Of a DNA stretch of 64,000 bases, positions 29,532-39,775 are shown piece by piece. The stretch is from an uncultured bacterium (GTDB lineage: Bacteria > Fidelibacterota > Marinisomatia > Marinisomatales > UBA1611). Location: positions 1 to 64,000 of the forward strand of contig CBFIBM010000006.1 in NCBI GenBank assembly GCA_965660855.1. The letters are read 5' to 3'. A program made the translations under genes and the position numbers. Position 1 is the stretch's first letter. Every line of letters begins with the position of its first letter. The notes under the pieces are model-generated. The model had not been told where the DNA came from. It saw only the letters and a list, made by a program, of their open reading frames with translations, and searched no databases.

Positions 29532-32300
29532 TTATTTTAAGTATAAAATTTTATGATTATTTAATTTATCATCAACTCTAATTGAAACAATATATACACC
29601 AGTTGATATAGTGTGATCGAATTGAGATTGCCCATTCCATTCAAAAGAATTATGTCCTATTTCAAGACTTAATTCTCCTGATGAAAAAATTAAACGACCA
29701 GATAAATCAAAAATATTAATAGTACCCTTAGTCGGAGACTCTGAGTAATATTTAATAATCACTTGTCCATTAAATGGATTTGGATATGAGCCAATTAAAT
29801 CAATTTTATCTGGAATTAATTTAAATTTATCAATTTTTAAATTCAGATTTTGGTTTGAAAAAGCTATTGCAGATTTAGCCTCAATAAAATATTCACCCAA
29901 ACTATCTGATGAAAGGATCAAATTTTCATTGGGTTCTAACACATTATACCATGTTCCGGAAGAAAAGAATGGAACATTTTCAACAACCCGGTCTAAGCTG
30001 GAGAAATTTGCAATTACTACTATTTGATCATTGTAATTTTCAGGTGTCTGGTATGAATAACCATAAACAATAACATTTTGGTTCGTGTAACGATAAAGAT
30101 CAAAAAAATCACCTTTAGCTATAGCTGGACTCATTTTTCTAAGTTTGATTAACTTTTTATAATGCGATAGGTGCTCCTGCCCTTCCTGAGTATCTAAAAA
30201 AGACCAATCAATTGGCCTATATTGTAGTTTCTCTTCATCATAATTACCATTATTATTGTCGTCTGTCCATCCAGTTTGCAGGCCAAACTCTTGCCCCTGG
30301 AAAATCATAGGTACACCTTGAGAAGTAAATAATAAAGTAGCATAAAATTTATCTCTAATTCGAGCTTGCTCTGGAGTAAAATCATTAAAGGTTACCATTT
30401 CTTGAATAAGTGATTGTTCATCATGACTAACCATATATTTCACAGCTTGCAATCTATTTTCATATGGGTCATCCCAGTTGGAATACTCATGCAAACCAAT
30501 TACTTGACGCATATAAGTAATTGTTGAAAAAAATTGCCCGTGAATATCATCCTTTAAACGATCATGAAAGCTATCATGCCATCCCGATGATAAATCTGTA
30601 TTTTCAATTAGCCATGGATTCGAAGGTAAATGTTCAGCTATTTGGTAAATATCAGGGTGACTATTTTTTAATATAGACGACCATGCAGGTATACCATATT
30701 CTGGCTGTTGAAGGTCCCAACCAATCATATACATTGCATCAAATCTAAACCCATCAATCTTATATTCTTCAACCCAAATATTATTTACTTGATTTATGTA
30801 GTCTATCATTCTGGGATTAAAGTGATCTAAATCCAACATTCCCCATGAACCTTCTGCCTCATTTGGATTTAATTCGGTAGAAAGTTTCACATACGGATTT
30901 AAATTGTAATCTGGTTGAATCTCCCATAAAGGACTCGACGGTCTTATATGATTCCAAATGATATCCAGTATAATTGCAATTCCTCTTTTATGAGCTTCAT
31001 CAACTAATTTTTTAAACTCAAATGGAGTTCCGTAATTCGATTCTAATGAAGAAATTAGGATAGGATCATATCCCCATGAGTGATTACCAGGAAATTCATA
31101 TATTGGGAGTAATTCTATAGCATTAATCCCTGTTGATTTTAAATGATCTAATTTTTCAATTATATCTTCAAATCGTCCTTGACCATTACCCATGGCAGAA
31201 AAGTCATCAATGTGCAACTCATAAATTACAAGAGTATCCATCAATGGGCGAATATATTCATTTGATTCCCATATATAATTATCTGCAGTTGTAACTCCTC
31301 CAGGGCCTATCTCGATACGAGTTCTATCATTAGAAATTCTTCTAGATAGAGGATCTGCTATTACTACACCCCCAGGTAAAACATATTGATATTCATAATG
31401 TCCTGTTGGCAGGTCTAGTTCAGCCCACCATAAATCTTCTTCATTTGGGTCTTTTTTCATTAATAATGGTTCTACTAATTCTCCATCAAATCCAGGTGCC
31501 CCTATTTGATATCTCATAAATGGCTGACTAGGTGCAAAAACCGATAAGTACATTGTATTATTAAACCAATTTGGCCCAAGCTTGATTCCATCAGGAATTG
31601 GCTCTTCAATGATAATAATTTCCTGCTCATTAAAAACCACATAATCTTGATTATTAATAGTTACATTGACCCAGATAGGATCATAAATACTGAGAGGGTT
31701 TGAGAATGGAATGTAAAGTACACCATTAGGATTTAAATAATCATTTCCTGATAATGTGTCATCACCAACATAATAAGTGATATTCTGAATTTCTTCAGAT
31801 GAAAATAGACCCATACTAAATCCTTCAACATTATTTTCACTATTTGTGTGTCTTTTTGGTTGAAAAAATATTGGATCTGAAATATTTAATATTGAGTTAC
31901 CATAAGCATCATTAGTTACATTAGGGTTTAAAGGATCTGAAATCCAACTATTATCCGTGCCTGAATTATTAAAATGAAAATGAAACTTATATTCGTGCTC
32001 TGATCCGATATCAAGGTTATAGCTCTTTTCATAACTATCTGTTGATGGATTATAGATCATTTCTGATAAAGCATTGGGACTAATCATCCCATTATTATTT
32101 GGTCCCCAATCATTAGCGGTTCCTGAAGGCATTGTTCCTGGAACAAACACCCTTTCAAAACTATCATTTGGTCCATTGATATACCTAAATGTGATTTCTA
32201 AAGTTTCTGAAAAAGATATAGATGCAGATAGCATTAAAAAAAGTTTTATACTTTTAACTTTATATTTTTTTGAAATTTTATTAAAAATTATATACCACAC
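29532..32300 (-). CDS. Secreted GH13 alpha-amylase family glycoside hydrolase with FlgD/T9SS-like CTD
   Basis: IYELH, IELLPI, WGYDP and DIIWNH motifs; catalytic GFRFD, IAEH and SHDE; C-terminal SYPNPFN...STGVYI...KILYLK. Confidence 0.9.
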   Translation of the reverse strand: MWYIIFNKISKKYKVKSIKLFLMLSASISFSETLEITFRYINGPNDSFERVFVPGTMPSGTANDWGPNNNGMISPNALSEMIYNPSTDSYEKSYNLDIGSEHEYKFHFHFNNSGTDNSWISDPLNPNVTNDAYGNSILNISDPIFFQPKRHTNSENNVEGFSMGLFSSEEIQNITYYVGDDTLSGNDYLNPNGVLYIPFSNPLSIYDPIWVNVTINNQDYVVFNEQEIIIIEEPIPDGIKLGPNWFNNTMYLSVFAPSQPFMRYQIGAPGFDGELVEPLLMKKDPNEEDLWWAELDLPTGHYEYQYVLPGGVVIADPLSRRISNDRTRIEIGPGGVTTADNYIWESNEYIRPLMDTLVIYELHIDDFSAMGNGQGRFEDIIEKLDHLKSTGINAIELLPIYEFPGNHSWGYDPILISSLESNYGTPFEFKKLVDEAHKRGIAIILDIIWNHIRPSSPLWEIQPDYNLNPYVKLSTELNPNEAEGSWGMLDLDHFNPRMIDYINQVNNIWVEEYKIDGFRFDAMYMIGWDLQQPEYGIPAWSSILKNSHPDIYQIAEHLPSNPWLIENTDLSSGWHDSFHDRLKDDIHGQFFSTITYMRQVIGLHEYSNWDDPYENRLQAVKYMVSHDEQSLIQEMVTFNDFTPEQARIRDKFYATLLFTSQGVPMIFQGQEFGLQTGWTDDNNNGNYDEEKLQYRPIDWSFLDTQEGQEHLSHYKKLIKLRKMSPAIAKGDFFDLYRYTNQNVIVYGYSYQTPENYNDQIVVIANFSSLDRVVENVPFFSSGTWYNVLEPNENLILSSDSLGEYFIEAKSAIAFSNQNLNLKIDKFKLIPDKIDLIGSYPNPFNGQVIIKYYSESPTKGTINIFDLSGRLIFSSGELSLEIGHNSFEWNGQSQFDHTISTGVYIVSIRVDDKLNNHKILYLK

Positions 32301-32402
32301 AATCCAAATTATAAAATATAATCATAGGAGTAAAACAAATTTATGATTTTATAAAATATTATGGTTATTTTTTCATGCATTGGAGCAACAAAAAAATTAT
32401 AA

Positions 32403-35400
32403 ATGACCTATTTTAGTACTTTAAAATATCATTTAATTCTTATTTTTGGTATGCATCTCGTATTAGCAGGTACGAGTGGAAAAATATCTGGGATAGTATT
32501 AGATGAAAATAATTTGCCACTCGTTGGATGTAACGTTATTGTAAAAAACACACTCTTTGGTGCCGCGACTAATATAGATGGTGAATATTATATTTTAAAT
32601 GTACCTCCAGGGAATTATGATATTTCTGCGTCCATGATTGGCTATGGTACTGTAACAATAAATAACCTACAAGTAATTGTTGATTTAACGGCTAAGGCTA
32701 ATTTTTCTTTAAAACCTCAGTCTATTTCAGGAGCAGAAATTTTTGTTACTGCAGAAAAACCAACCGTTCGTTTAGATCAAACTTCCATGTCTGCAGTCGT
32801 CAGTTCAGAGGATATTGAAAATTTACCTGTTTCTGATGTTGGGGATATTATTGAACTACAAGCTGGAATTGTTCGAGATCCTAATGGTGGTTTCCATGTC
32901 AGAGGTGGACGAAGCAGTGAAGTATCTTTCTGGGTTGATGGTGTAGCAACAACGGATTCTTATGATGGAAGCTCAGGGCTAGAGGTAGAAAATGCGGGAA
33001 TTCAAGAAGTCCAGGTTATCTCTGGAACATTTAATGCAGAGTATGGACAAGCAATGTCAGGGATTGTAAATGTAGTTACGAAAGAAGGTACTCAAAATTA
33101 CCAAGGGAATATTAATCTTTATGCTGGCGGGTATCATTCAAATCATTCAGATTTGTATTCTATATCATCACCTTTTTCTACCTGGGAATCGTTTTCAGAT
33201 ATAAACAATGATGGAAATTGGGATTATGGTGAAATTCTATATGATTTAAATAATAATGGTATCTGGGACGAAGGAGAAATATATTGGGATAAAAACGGGA
33301 ATCAAATTTGGGATGGAGATGAGGGTTCAGAACCTTTAAATGATGATTTAGGATATGATGGTTATCTTGGTGATTATTACGATTACAATGGAGATGGAAA
33401 TACCACACAACCTAGTCCTGGAGAAGGAAATGGTCGAAGAGACTGGGGCGAACATAGATTTAATCTAGACCCTAATGGATATACAAAATATTTAAATGTA
33501 TTTGAGAATATTTTCCAGCAATCTAACTTTTCAGGAAGTTTTAGTGGACCCGTACCTCTTTTAAATAAAAAGTTAACTTTCTACTCAACACTTAGATATT
33601 ATCATTCCATGGGAAGATACTATGGTAAAAAATTATTTACACCAATAGGACTTTTTGGAGATGAATCCATTGTACCACTAGACCCGTATTCTAAATTATC
33701 AACTCAATTAAAGTTAACTTATAAAATATCCTCAAGAATAAAACTTAACTACACCAACTATCTAACTGAAAAACAGTACAAGAGTTATGATAGTTTTTAT
33801 AAATACAACCCTGATGGTATTTTAAATAAATTTGAATCTGATAGATCAAATATGTTAACCCTAACACATAGTTTAAGCCAAAATACATTTTATGAACTAA
33901 AGTTTTTATCCTTTTCTAGTGGATATAATGAAAACCTTTATAATCAAAATGATATTCCATTTTCTGTAAAAATCATGAATCAAGATCAAGTTGATGCTCT
34001 GAATATAAATGATTCAATTCGAATTAGAACAGGATATGACATTTACGAAGAAAGTCCACGGTTTTTAGTAAGCCTGCAAGAAAATGGATCATATGAAGTA
34101 ATGGATTTAAGCGATCAAAAAGGCTATGTTCCCAGCGATATTTTTGTAACACCAGAGTGGTCATTTGGTATTGGGGGAACTCAAAATGGACAATTTGAAA
34201 GAAATACATCCTTTAATCAGCTAAAATTTGACCTATCTAGCCAAATTAATTCTAATAATTTCATAAAAGTTGGAATTTTATATAAAATCTACGATATGTG
34301 GGCAGATGATAAATTTCTTAATTATAAGACCAAAGGAGAATGGTCGTTGACTCAAGATGGTGATACCTTGGGATATAGTCCATTAGCTGGAGCTAGAATT
34401 ACTCCGTTTACTCCCGTTATAAACCCAACCTATACTTCTGACCACAGCTATTTTAGAGTACAGCCGCAAGAAATTTCCGCATATTTACAAGACAAAATTG
34501 AACTTGATGAGTTAATTATTAATGCTGGTTTTAGATTTGACTATTTTGATCCCAATTGGAAAATTCCAAAAGATGATGAATTACCAGGTAACTTAAAATA
34601 TTATTTAGCCGCAACACCAAACGATACATCTGTTATTTGGGAGCATGATTTTTCTAGTATGCACTCTGAGGTAATAATCATTGATTCAATCAATCAACAA
34701 GGAGCAGTTGCAATAGAAAATTTATTTATTACAGGTGTCGATTTTGACTCTTCAACTCAGTCTTATCAAAATGCTTTTGATGCAAAGTTATCATCCTATA
34801 GAAATTCCCACAGATGGTCCTATGGCTATACAAGTGTAAAACCAACTTATCAAATCAGTCCTAGAATAGGAATTGCATATCCGATAACGGATAAAGGTGT
34901 AATTCATGTTTCCTATGGCCATTTTTTCCAGGTGCCAAACTTTAGTCTTCTCTATGAAAATCCAGAATTTGAAATAACAGATAGTAACAATGGCGGAATT
35001 CTTGGTAATGGAGCTTTGAAACCTGAAAAAACTGTTATGTATGAAATTGGATTTAAACAAGAAATAGCCCCTAGAACTGCTTTAGATTTGACTATTTTTT
35101 ATAGAGATACAAGAGACTGGGTTGGCGTTTCTACGGCAATTAAAAAATATCCAGTTGGAAATTATAGAAAATATGAAAATAAAGATTACGCAAATACTCG
35201 AGGGTTTACATTAATACTTGACCGTCAGTTCACTAATGGATTTGGTGGTGGTGTAGATTATACATGGATGGTTGCTGAAGGGACATATTCTAATCCTCAA
35301 GATGCATATTTTGATGCTCAGGACAATCAAGCTCCAAGGCTGAATATGCTCCCCTTAGATTGGGATCAAACACATACCTTAAATTTTAGAGCAACGCTTG

Positions 35401-35804
35401 GAAAGAACGATTGGGTGATTAGTTCCATTGGTAAATTATGGTCCGGTAAACCCTATACTCCTGTATTCAAAACTGGTGTAGTTTCTGGCGCAGGAGCATT
35501 CGCAGGGTTTGCAGATAATAGCGAGCGTAAGCCAAATATTTTCACCTTAGATATTCGAGCATCCTATAAACTAACCTTTTTAGGTTTAAACTCAAATTTA
35601 TACTGTAACATTTACAATTTATTTGATCTCAGAAATGAATTTTCTGTTTGGGAAGATACAGGAAGATCTGATTATACTCTTATTGCAAAAGATGTTCCTT
35701 TAATCGATTCTGGAAGAATTGGTCATTTAACTGAGCATTTATTAAAACCTGATTGGTATGGAGAACCAAGAAAAGTAAATATTGGATTGGAACTGCAGTT
35801 TTAA
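32403..35804 (+). CDS. TonB-dependent receptor (non-SusC type) with an acidic DxNxNG-repeat insertion
   Basis: AGTSGKISG N-domain; HVRGGRSSEV and SGTFNAEYGQAMSGIVNVVTKEG plug motifs; C-terminal PRKVNIGLELQF. Confidence 0.92.
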   Translation: MTYFSTLKYHLILIFGMHLVLAGTSGKISGIVLDENNLPLVGCNVIVKNTLFGAATNIDGEYYILNVPPGNYDISASMIGYGTVTINNLQVIVDLTAKANFSLKPQSISGAEIFVTAEKPTVRLDQTSMSAVVSSEDIENLPVSDVGDIIELQAGIVRDPNGGFHVRGGRSSEVSFWVDGVATTDSYDGSSGLEVENAGIQEVQVISGTFNAEYGQAMSGIVNVVTKEGTQNYQGNINLYAGGYHSNHSDLYSISSPFSTWESFSDINNDGNWDYGEILYDLNNNGIWDEGEIYWDKNGNQIWDGDEGSEPLNDDLGYDGYLGDYYDYNGDGNTTQPSPGEGNGRRDWGEHRFNLDPNGYTKYLNVFENIFQQSNFSGSFSGPVPLLNKKLTFYSTLRYYHSMGRYYGKKLFTPIGLFGDESIVPLDPYSKLSTQLKLTYKISSRIKLNYTNYLTEKQYKSYDSFYKYNPDGILNKFESDRSNMLTLTHSLSQNTFYELKFLSFSSGYNENLYNQNDIPFSVKIMNQDQVDALNINDSIRIRTGYDIYEESPRFLVSLQENGSYEVMDLSDQKGYVPSDIFVTPEWSFGIGGTQNGQFERNTSFNQLKFDLSSQINSNNFIKVGILYKIYDMWADDKFLNYKTKGEWSLTQDGDTLGYSPLAGARITPFTPVINPTYTSDHSYFRVQPQEISAYLQDKIELDELIINAGFRFDYFDPNWKIPKDDELPGNLKYYLAATPNDTSVIWEHDFSSMHSEVIIIDSINQQGAVAIENLFITGVDFDSSTQSYQNAFDAKLSSYRNSHRWSYGYTSVKPTYQISPRIGIAYPITDKGVIHVSYGHFFQVPNFSLLYENPEFEITDSNNGGILGNGALKPEKTVMYEIGFKQEIAPRTALDLTIFYRDTRDWVGVSTAIKKYPVGNYRKYENKDYANTRGFTLILDRQFTNGFGGGVDYTWMVAEGTYSNPQDAYFDAQDNQAPRLNMLPLDWDQTHTLNFRATLGKNDWVISSIGKLWSGKPYTPVFKTGVVSGAGAFAGFADNSERKPNIFTLDIRASYKLTFLGLNSNLYCNIYNLFDLRNEFSVWEDTGRSDYTLIAKDVPLIDSGRIGHLTEHLLKPDWYGEPRKVNIGLELQF

Positions 35805-35806
35805 AC

Positions 35807-38800
35807 ATGAAAAAAATCTTAGCTATCATAATATTTATTTTTGTTTGTTCGACCTCTAAACTTTATTCGACATCAAAAGGAAACTCTCTATCACGAGCAA
35901 AAAATAACCACTCTGGAAATAAAGTAAGAACTACCTTTTATAATTACGGACTTATTGGGCGATGGACAAGCGAGCCTGAAGATATAGGCGGTGAGTGGCC
36001 AATCAATTCTGGGCATGAATATATTGGTGATGTTGGTCATATGGTTGGTTCAGAATTTAAAGATTTAGATGGTAATGAGAAAAAAAGTGTAATTACAATT
36101 GATAATCCGCGCGGGAGTGAATTCAATCTAGATACTCATTGGGGTTGGGAGCCATTACCTGGATATAATAATCCAGATACAACACTTGTTGCCATGAGTC
36201 ATATGGGACCATCAGAAAATCCAGATTATAAAAATAACACTTGGCCTAACCAGTGGCCTGATAAACTTGAAGACCCACTTGATCCAGGCTGGCCAGATTC
36301 TTGGAATGGATATTTTGGTAAAAATCAAAAGAATGCTGAGCAGGAAAGTTTTTTTGTTATGGATGATGCTCAAGATGCAGAATTTTTCTATTATCCTGAT
36401 TCTAACGATTTACAAAGACGTGGAATGGGTCTAAGATGTACTCAGAGAGGACTTCAATGGAATCATATTTTAGCTGAGGATGTTTTATTTTGGCTTTATG
36501 ATATAAAAAATATAAGTGATTATGATATTGAGAAAATGGTTTTTGGATATATCGTTGGAACCATCACCGGAGGAGATGGTGATAGTGGAGATGATTGGGC
36601 AGATTTTGAGAAAGAAGATGATATTGCTTACTCCTATGATAATGGAACTGATTTAGAAACTGGCTTAGGCGGTGTCGGTGCAAGTGGTTGGTCACCAGTT
36701 GGGCTTGCGGGATATGCCTTTCTTGAAAGCCCTGGAAACCCATATGATGGAATTGATAATGATGGAGATGGATCAGATGGATCCGGACTTACTTTGTCAG
36801 AAGATATTTTCTCAGCAAGAACTTATAACATTGGCGATACTGTTGTAGTCATAAATTATCAAACATATGAAAGAACATTAATCTCAATGCCTGCTGAAGG
36901 AATTATTGTTCAAAAGTCAGATAAAGAGTATGCCTTCCTCCCCGGCTCTAGCTTAGAAGAAATACCCAGAAATTTAATTGATGATAATTTGAATGGACTT
37001 ATCGATGAGAATAATGGTGCATCCGTAGAGATTGCTCCTGGGGTTTTTGAAGATTTATATTTGTATTTTGACCCAATTTCAGGAGAAGGATTAAAATACA
37101 TTGACTACTTTAATGGTATTGGTTTATCAAATAACTTAATTGATGAAAGTCGTGAAGATGGAATTGATAATGATGGAGATTGGAATATTGCTACTGATGA
37201 TGTGGGCATAGACGGTATGCCGGGAAGTAATGATCTTGGTGAGGGAGATGGAGTTCCAACTTCTGGTCGCGGTACTGAATTACCTGGAGAACCCAATATC
37301 GATAAAACAGATGTTGATGAATCTGATCAGATAGGATTATCTAGTTTTTATTATTTTAATTTTGGAGTAGGCCCTCAGATGAATGATGATAATAGATTAT
37401 GGGAAGAAATGTTACCGGGTTATTTTAATAATGCTGTTTCAAATACCGATGCTGATTTTTTATTTAGCTCTGGTTATTTCCCATTACAAAAAGATTTAAC
37501 AGAAAGATTTTCAATATCATTATTATTTGGAGATAATCTTCCTGATCTAATTCGTAATAAACAGACTGTACAAACTATATATAATCAAAATTATAATTTT
37601 GCTAAAGCTCCTGATCTTCCAACTTTAAGTTCATATGCTGGAGATGGGTATGTAACAATTTATTGGGATAATGCCGCAGAATTTTCAGTTGATAGAATAA
37701 CCGGAGAAGACTTTGAAGGCTACAAGATTTATAAGGCAACAAATACTCAGTTTACGGATGCGGGAGTGGTAACTGATGCATTTGGAACAGCAAAATTTAA
37801 TATTCCAATTAAACAATATGACCAAATAAATGAATATGAAGGCTTCTTCCCTGGTCATGTAGATGGAATACAATTTTATCTTGGTAGCAATGATGGACTT
37901 GTTCATTCATGGACGGATACAAATGTTATTAATGGCCATCGCTACTTCTATGCCGTAACCGCTTATGATCACGGATCAATTGAAAAAGAAATTCTTCCTG
38001 CTGAAACCTCTAAATTCGTTACTATGGACAGAGGAGGTAATATTATCACTGGTAAAAATGTCATATCCGTGATACCTGATGCTCCGGCATTAGGCTATAT
38101 ACCAGCACCTGATGAAAAATTTGTTTATCCAGTCGGTACACCAATTGGAACAGGTACTCTAAAGGTCAAAACTATTGACCCATCAAAGATTCCTGATAAT
38201 AATACCTACAGAATATATTTTAAAGATACAAAAATGAATGGAATTGATGATGATGGAGATTGGTCAGTAGAAATCCATGATGTTGGTAGCGATGGATGTA
38301 GTGATAATTTTGAGGATGGTTTTGGTGGGTGCTATGATGAAGCTAATTTAGATGCTGAAGACTTAAATCAAGATAACTGGAATGATTGTGGATCTGATGG
38401 AGTATGTAATCAAGATGAGCCTGGATTTAATCCCATTGAAAATCCAGACCCAAACAATGATGACTATGATTATAATATGAATCCTACTGGAAATGAAAAT
38501 AATAACAGATATGATTTAGGTGAGAATACTGAGGCCAATGGTTTTCCTGACAATGGTGAACCAAATATTGATGAAAGTGACTTAGAAGAAGCAATTCCTA
38601 TTACAACTCAATTTATGATACTAAACATCACAAATGAGTCTGACTTGGATACTGTTGTTTTTTGGAATGATAATTTAGATAGTGATTTAGGACAATTTGA
38701 TGGTATGGTTTTAGAAATTCAAAACCAAAATACTATTAGATTAGATCAAGAACGATCCCATTTTTATCCACAGACAGATACAGACTATTCATTTAATATT

Positions 38801-39775
38801 TCTCCATTCAATTTTGGGGGGATTGAAACTCAAGGAGTTAGATATCCTCGAAGCTATGGTATTGTTTTTTCAGATACAGCAATTCATAAGACTCTACCTG
38901 TGGTTGTCAAAAGAACGAATGGTCAGAACCTAACTATCGATTCTTCTAGAGCTAATTTTTATATCATAGATTTAGATAATCCAGATTTAAATATAGATAT
39001 TGCCGTGATTGATCAAAGTTGGTCCTATTATAGTTTAGCGACTGGATTACCTGATTCTGTACCTATAGATTCCATCATAAATAGTAAATTTTATTTAAAT
39101 CCTGATGAATTTAACGATTTTAATATTATTGATACCGTTTTAGGTACATGGTCAGATATTGGTTTTGCTCCGTCAAGTTTTGGTAGTAATTATGCATTGA
39201 AAGTGACTCTTGCAAAGCCAGGGCATTTTTCTTATTCTGATAGGATTATCATTTTAGAAAATGTGAAGGATACATCCATAGTTACATGGAATATTACACC
39301 AGGTCACGATAATATTTCTGGGCAAAAAACTCCATCCCATGGTGATACTTTATCATTATTCATGACCAAACCGTTCTCCAGCGCAGATGTCTATGAATTC
39401 GTATCTGAAGGCCATTCACTCGAAGAAAAAAATATAGATTTTTTATCAAAAAATATAAAAGTTGTTCCTAATCCTTATATTGTTGCAGCTAGTTGGGAAG
39501 GACAAAACCCTTATGCTGATGGTAGAGGACCTCGGTCTATTCATTTCACACATTTACCACCTCAATGTAAGATCCAAATTTTTACTTTAGCCGGAGAGCT
39601 TGTAAATACTTTAATCCATGATACGAGTATCGATGATGGATCTTATGAATGGAATATGCTAACAAAAGATAATCTAGATATTTCATATGGGCTTTATTTC
39701 TTTCATGTTGAACCCATAAATAGTGAAATAAATTCTTTCACGCCTCATCTTGGAAAATTTGCTGTTATAAAATGA
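35807..39775 (+). CDS. Large (1322-aa) secreted TBDR-associated protein with acidic Ca-binding-like repeats, an Fn3-like region and a variant CTD
   Basis: ATG 35807 (MKKILAIIIF signal peptide) lies 2 nt after the TBDR stop (the track started at 35753); DGIDNDGD repeats; FEGYKIYK...YFYAVTAYD; C-terminal IKVVPNPY...IFTLAGELV...GLYFFHVE...GKFAVIK. Confidence 0.85.
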   Translation: MKKILAIIIFIFVCSTSKLYSTSKGNSLSRAKNNHSGNKVRTTFYNYGLIGRWTSEPEDIGGEWPINSGHEYIGDVGHMVGSEFKDLDGNEKKSVITIDNPRGSEFNLDTHWGWEPLPGYNNPDTTLVAMSHMGPSENPDYKNNTWPNQWPDKLEDPLDPGWPDSWNGYFGKNQKNAEQESFFVMDDAQDAEFFYYPDSNDLQRRGMGLRCTQRGLQWNHILAEDVLFWLYDIKNISDYDIEKMVFGYIVGTITGGDGDSGDDWADFEKEDDIAYSYDNGTDLETGLGGVGASGWSPVGLAGYAFLESPGNPYDGIDNDGDGSDGSGLTLSEDIFSARTYNIGDTVVVINYQTYERTLISMPAEGIIVQKSDKEYAFLPGSSLEEIPRNLIDDNLNGLIDENNGASVEIAPGVFEDLYLYFDPISGEGLKYIDYFNGIGLSNNLIDESREDGIDNDGDWNIATDDVGIDGMPGSNDLGEGDGVPTSGRGTELPGEPNIDKTDVDESDQIGLSSFYYFNFGVGPQMNDDNRLWEEMLPGYFNNAVSNTDADFLFSSGYFPLQKDLTERFSISLLFGDNLPDLIRNKQTVQTIYNQNYNFAKAPDLPTLSSYAGDGYVTIYWDNAAEFSVDRITGEDFEGYKIYKATNTQFTDAGVVTDAFGTAKFNIPIKQYDQINEYEGFFPGHVDGIQFYLGSNDGLVHSWTDTNVINGHRYFYAVTAYDHGSIEKEILPAETSKFVTMDRGGNIITGKNVISVIPDAPALGYIPAPDEKFVYPVGTPIGTGTLKVKTIDPSKIPDNNTYRIYFKDTKMNGIDDDGDWSVEIHDVGSDGCSDNFEDGFGGCYDEANLDAEDLNQDNWNDCGSDGVCNQDEPGFNPIENPDPNNDDYDYNMNPTGNENNNRYDLGENTEANGFPDNGEPNIDESDLEEAIPITTQFMILNITNESDLDTVVFWNDNLDSDLGQFDGMVLEIQNQNTIRLDQERSHFYPQTDTDYSFNISPFNFGGIETQGVRYPRSYGIVFSDTAIHKTLPVVVKRTNGQNLTIDSSRANFYIIDLDNPDLNIDIAVIDQSWSYYSLATGLPDSVPIDSIINSKFYLNPDEFNDFNIIDTVLGTWSDIGFAPSSFGSNYALKVTLAKPGHFSYSDRIIILENVKDTSIVTWNITPGHDNISGQKTPSHGDTLSLFMTKPFSSADVYEFVSEGHSLEEKNIDFLSKNIKVVPNPYIVAASWEGQNPYADGRGPRSIHFTHLPPQCKIQIFTLAGELVNTLIHDTSIDDGSYEWNMLTKDNLDISYGLYFFHVEPINSEINSFTPHLGKFAVIK

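Noticed and set aside
32301..32402. AATCATA/TATGATT inverted repeat between the divergent GH13 and TBDR genes
   Set aside because: Short and almost entirely A/T in a very AT-rich spacer, so not distinguishable from background.
35753..35806. N-terminal extension of the large TBDR partner
   Set aside because: It overlaps the TBDR 3' end; ATG 35807 gives a canonical signal peptide.
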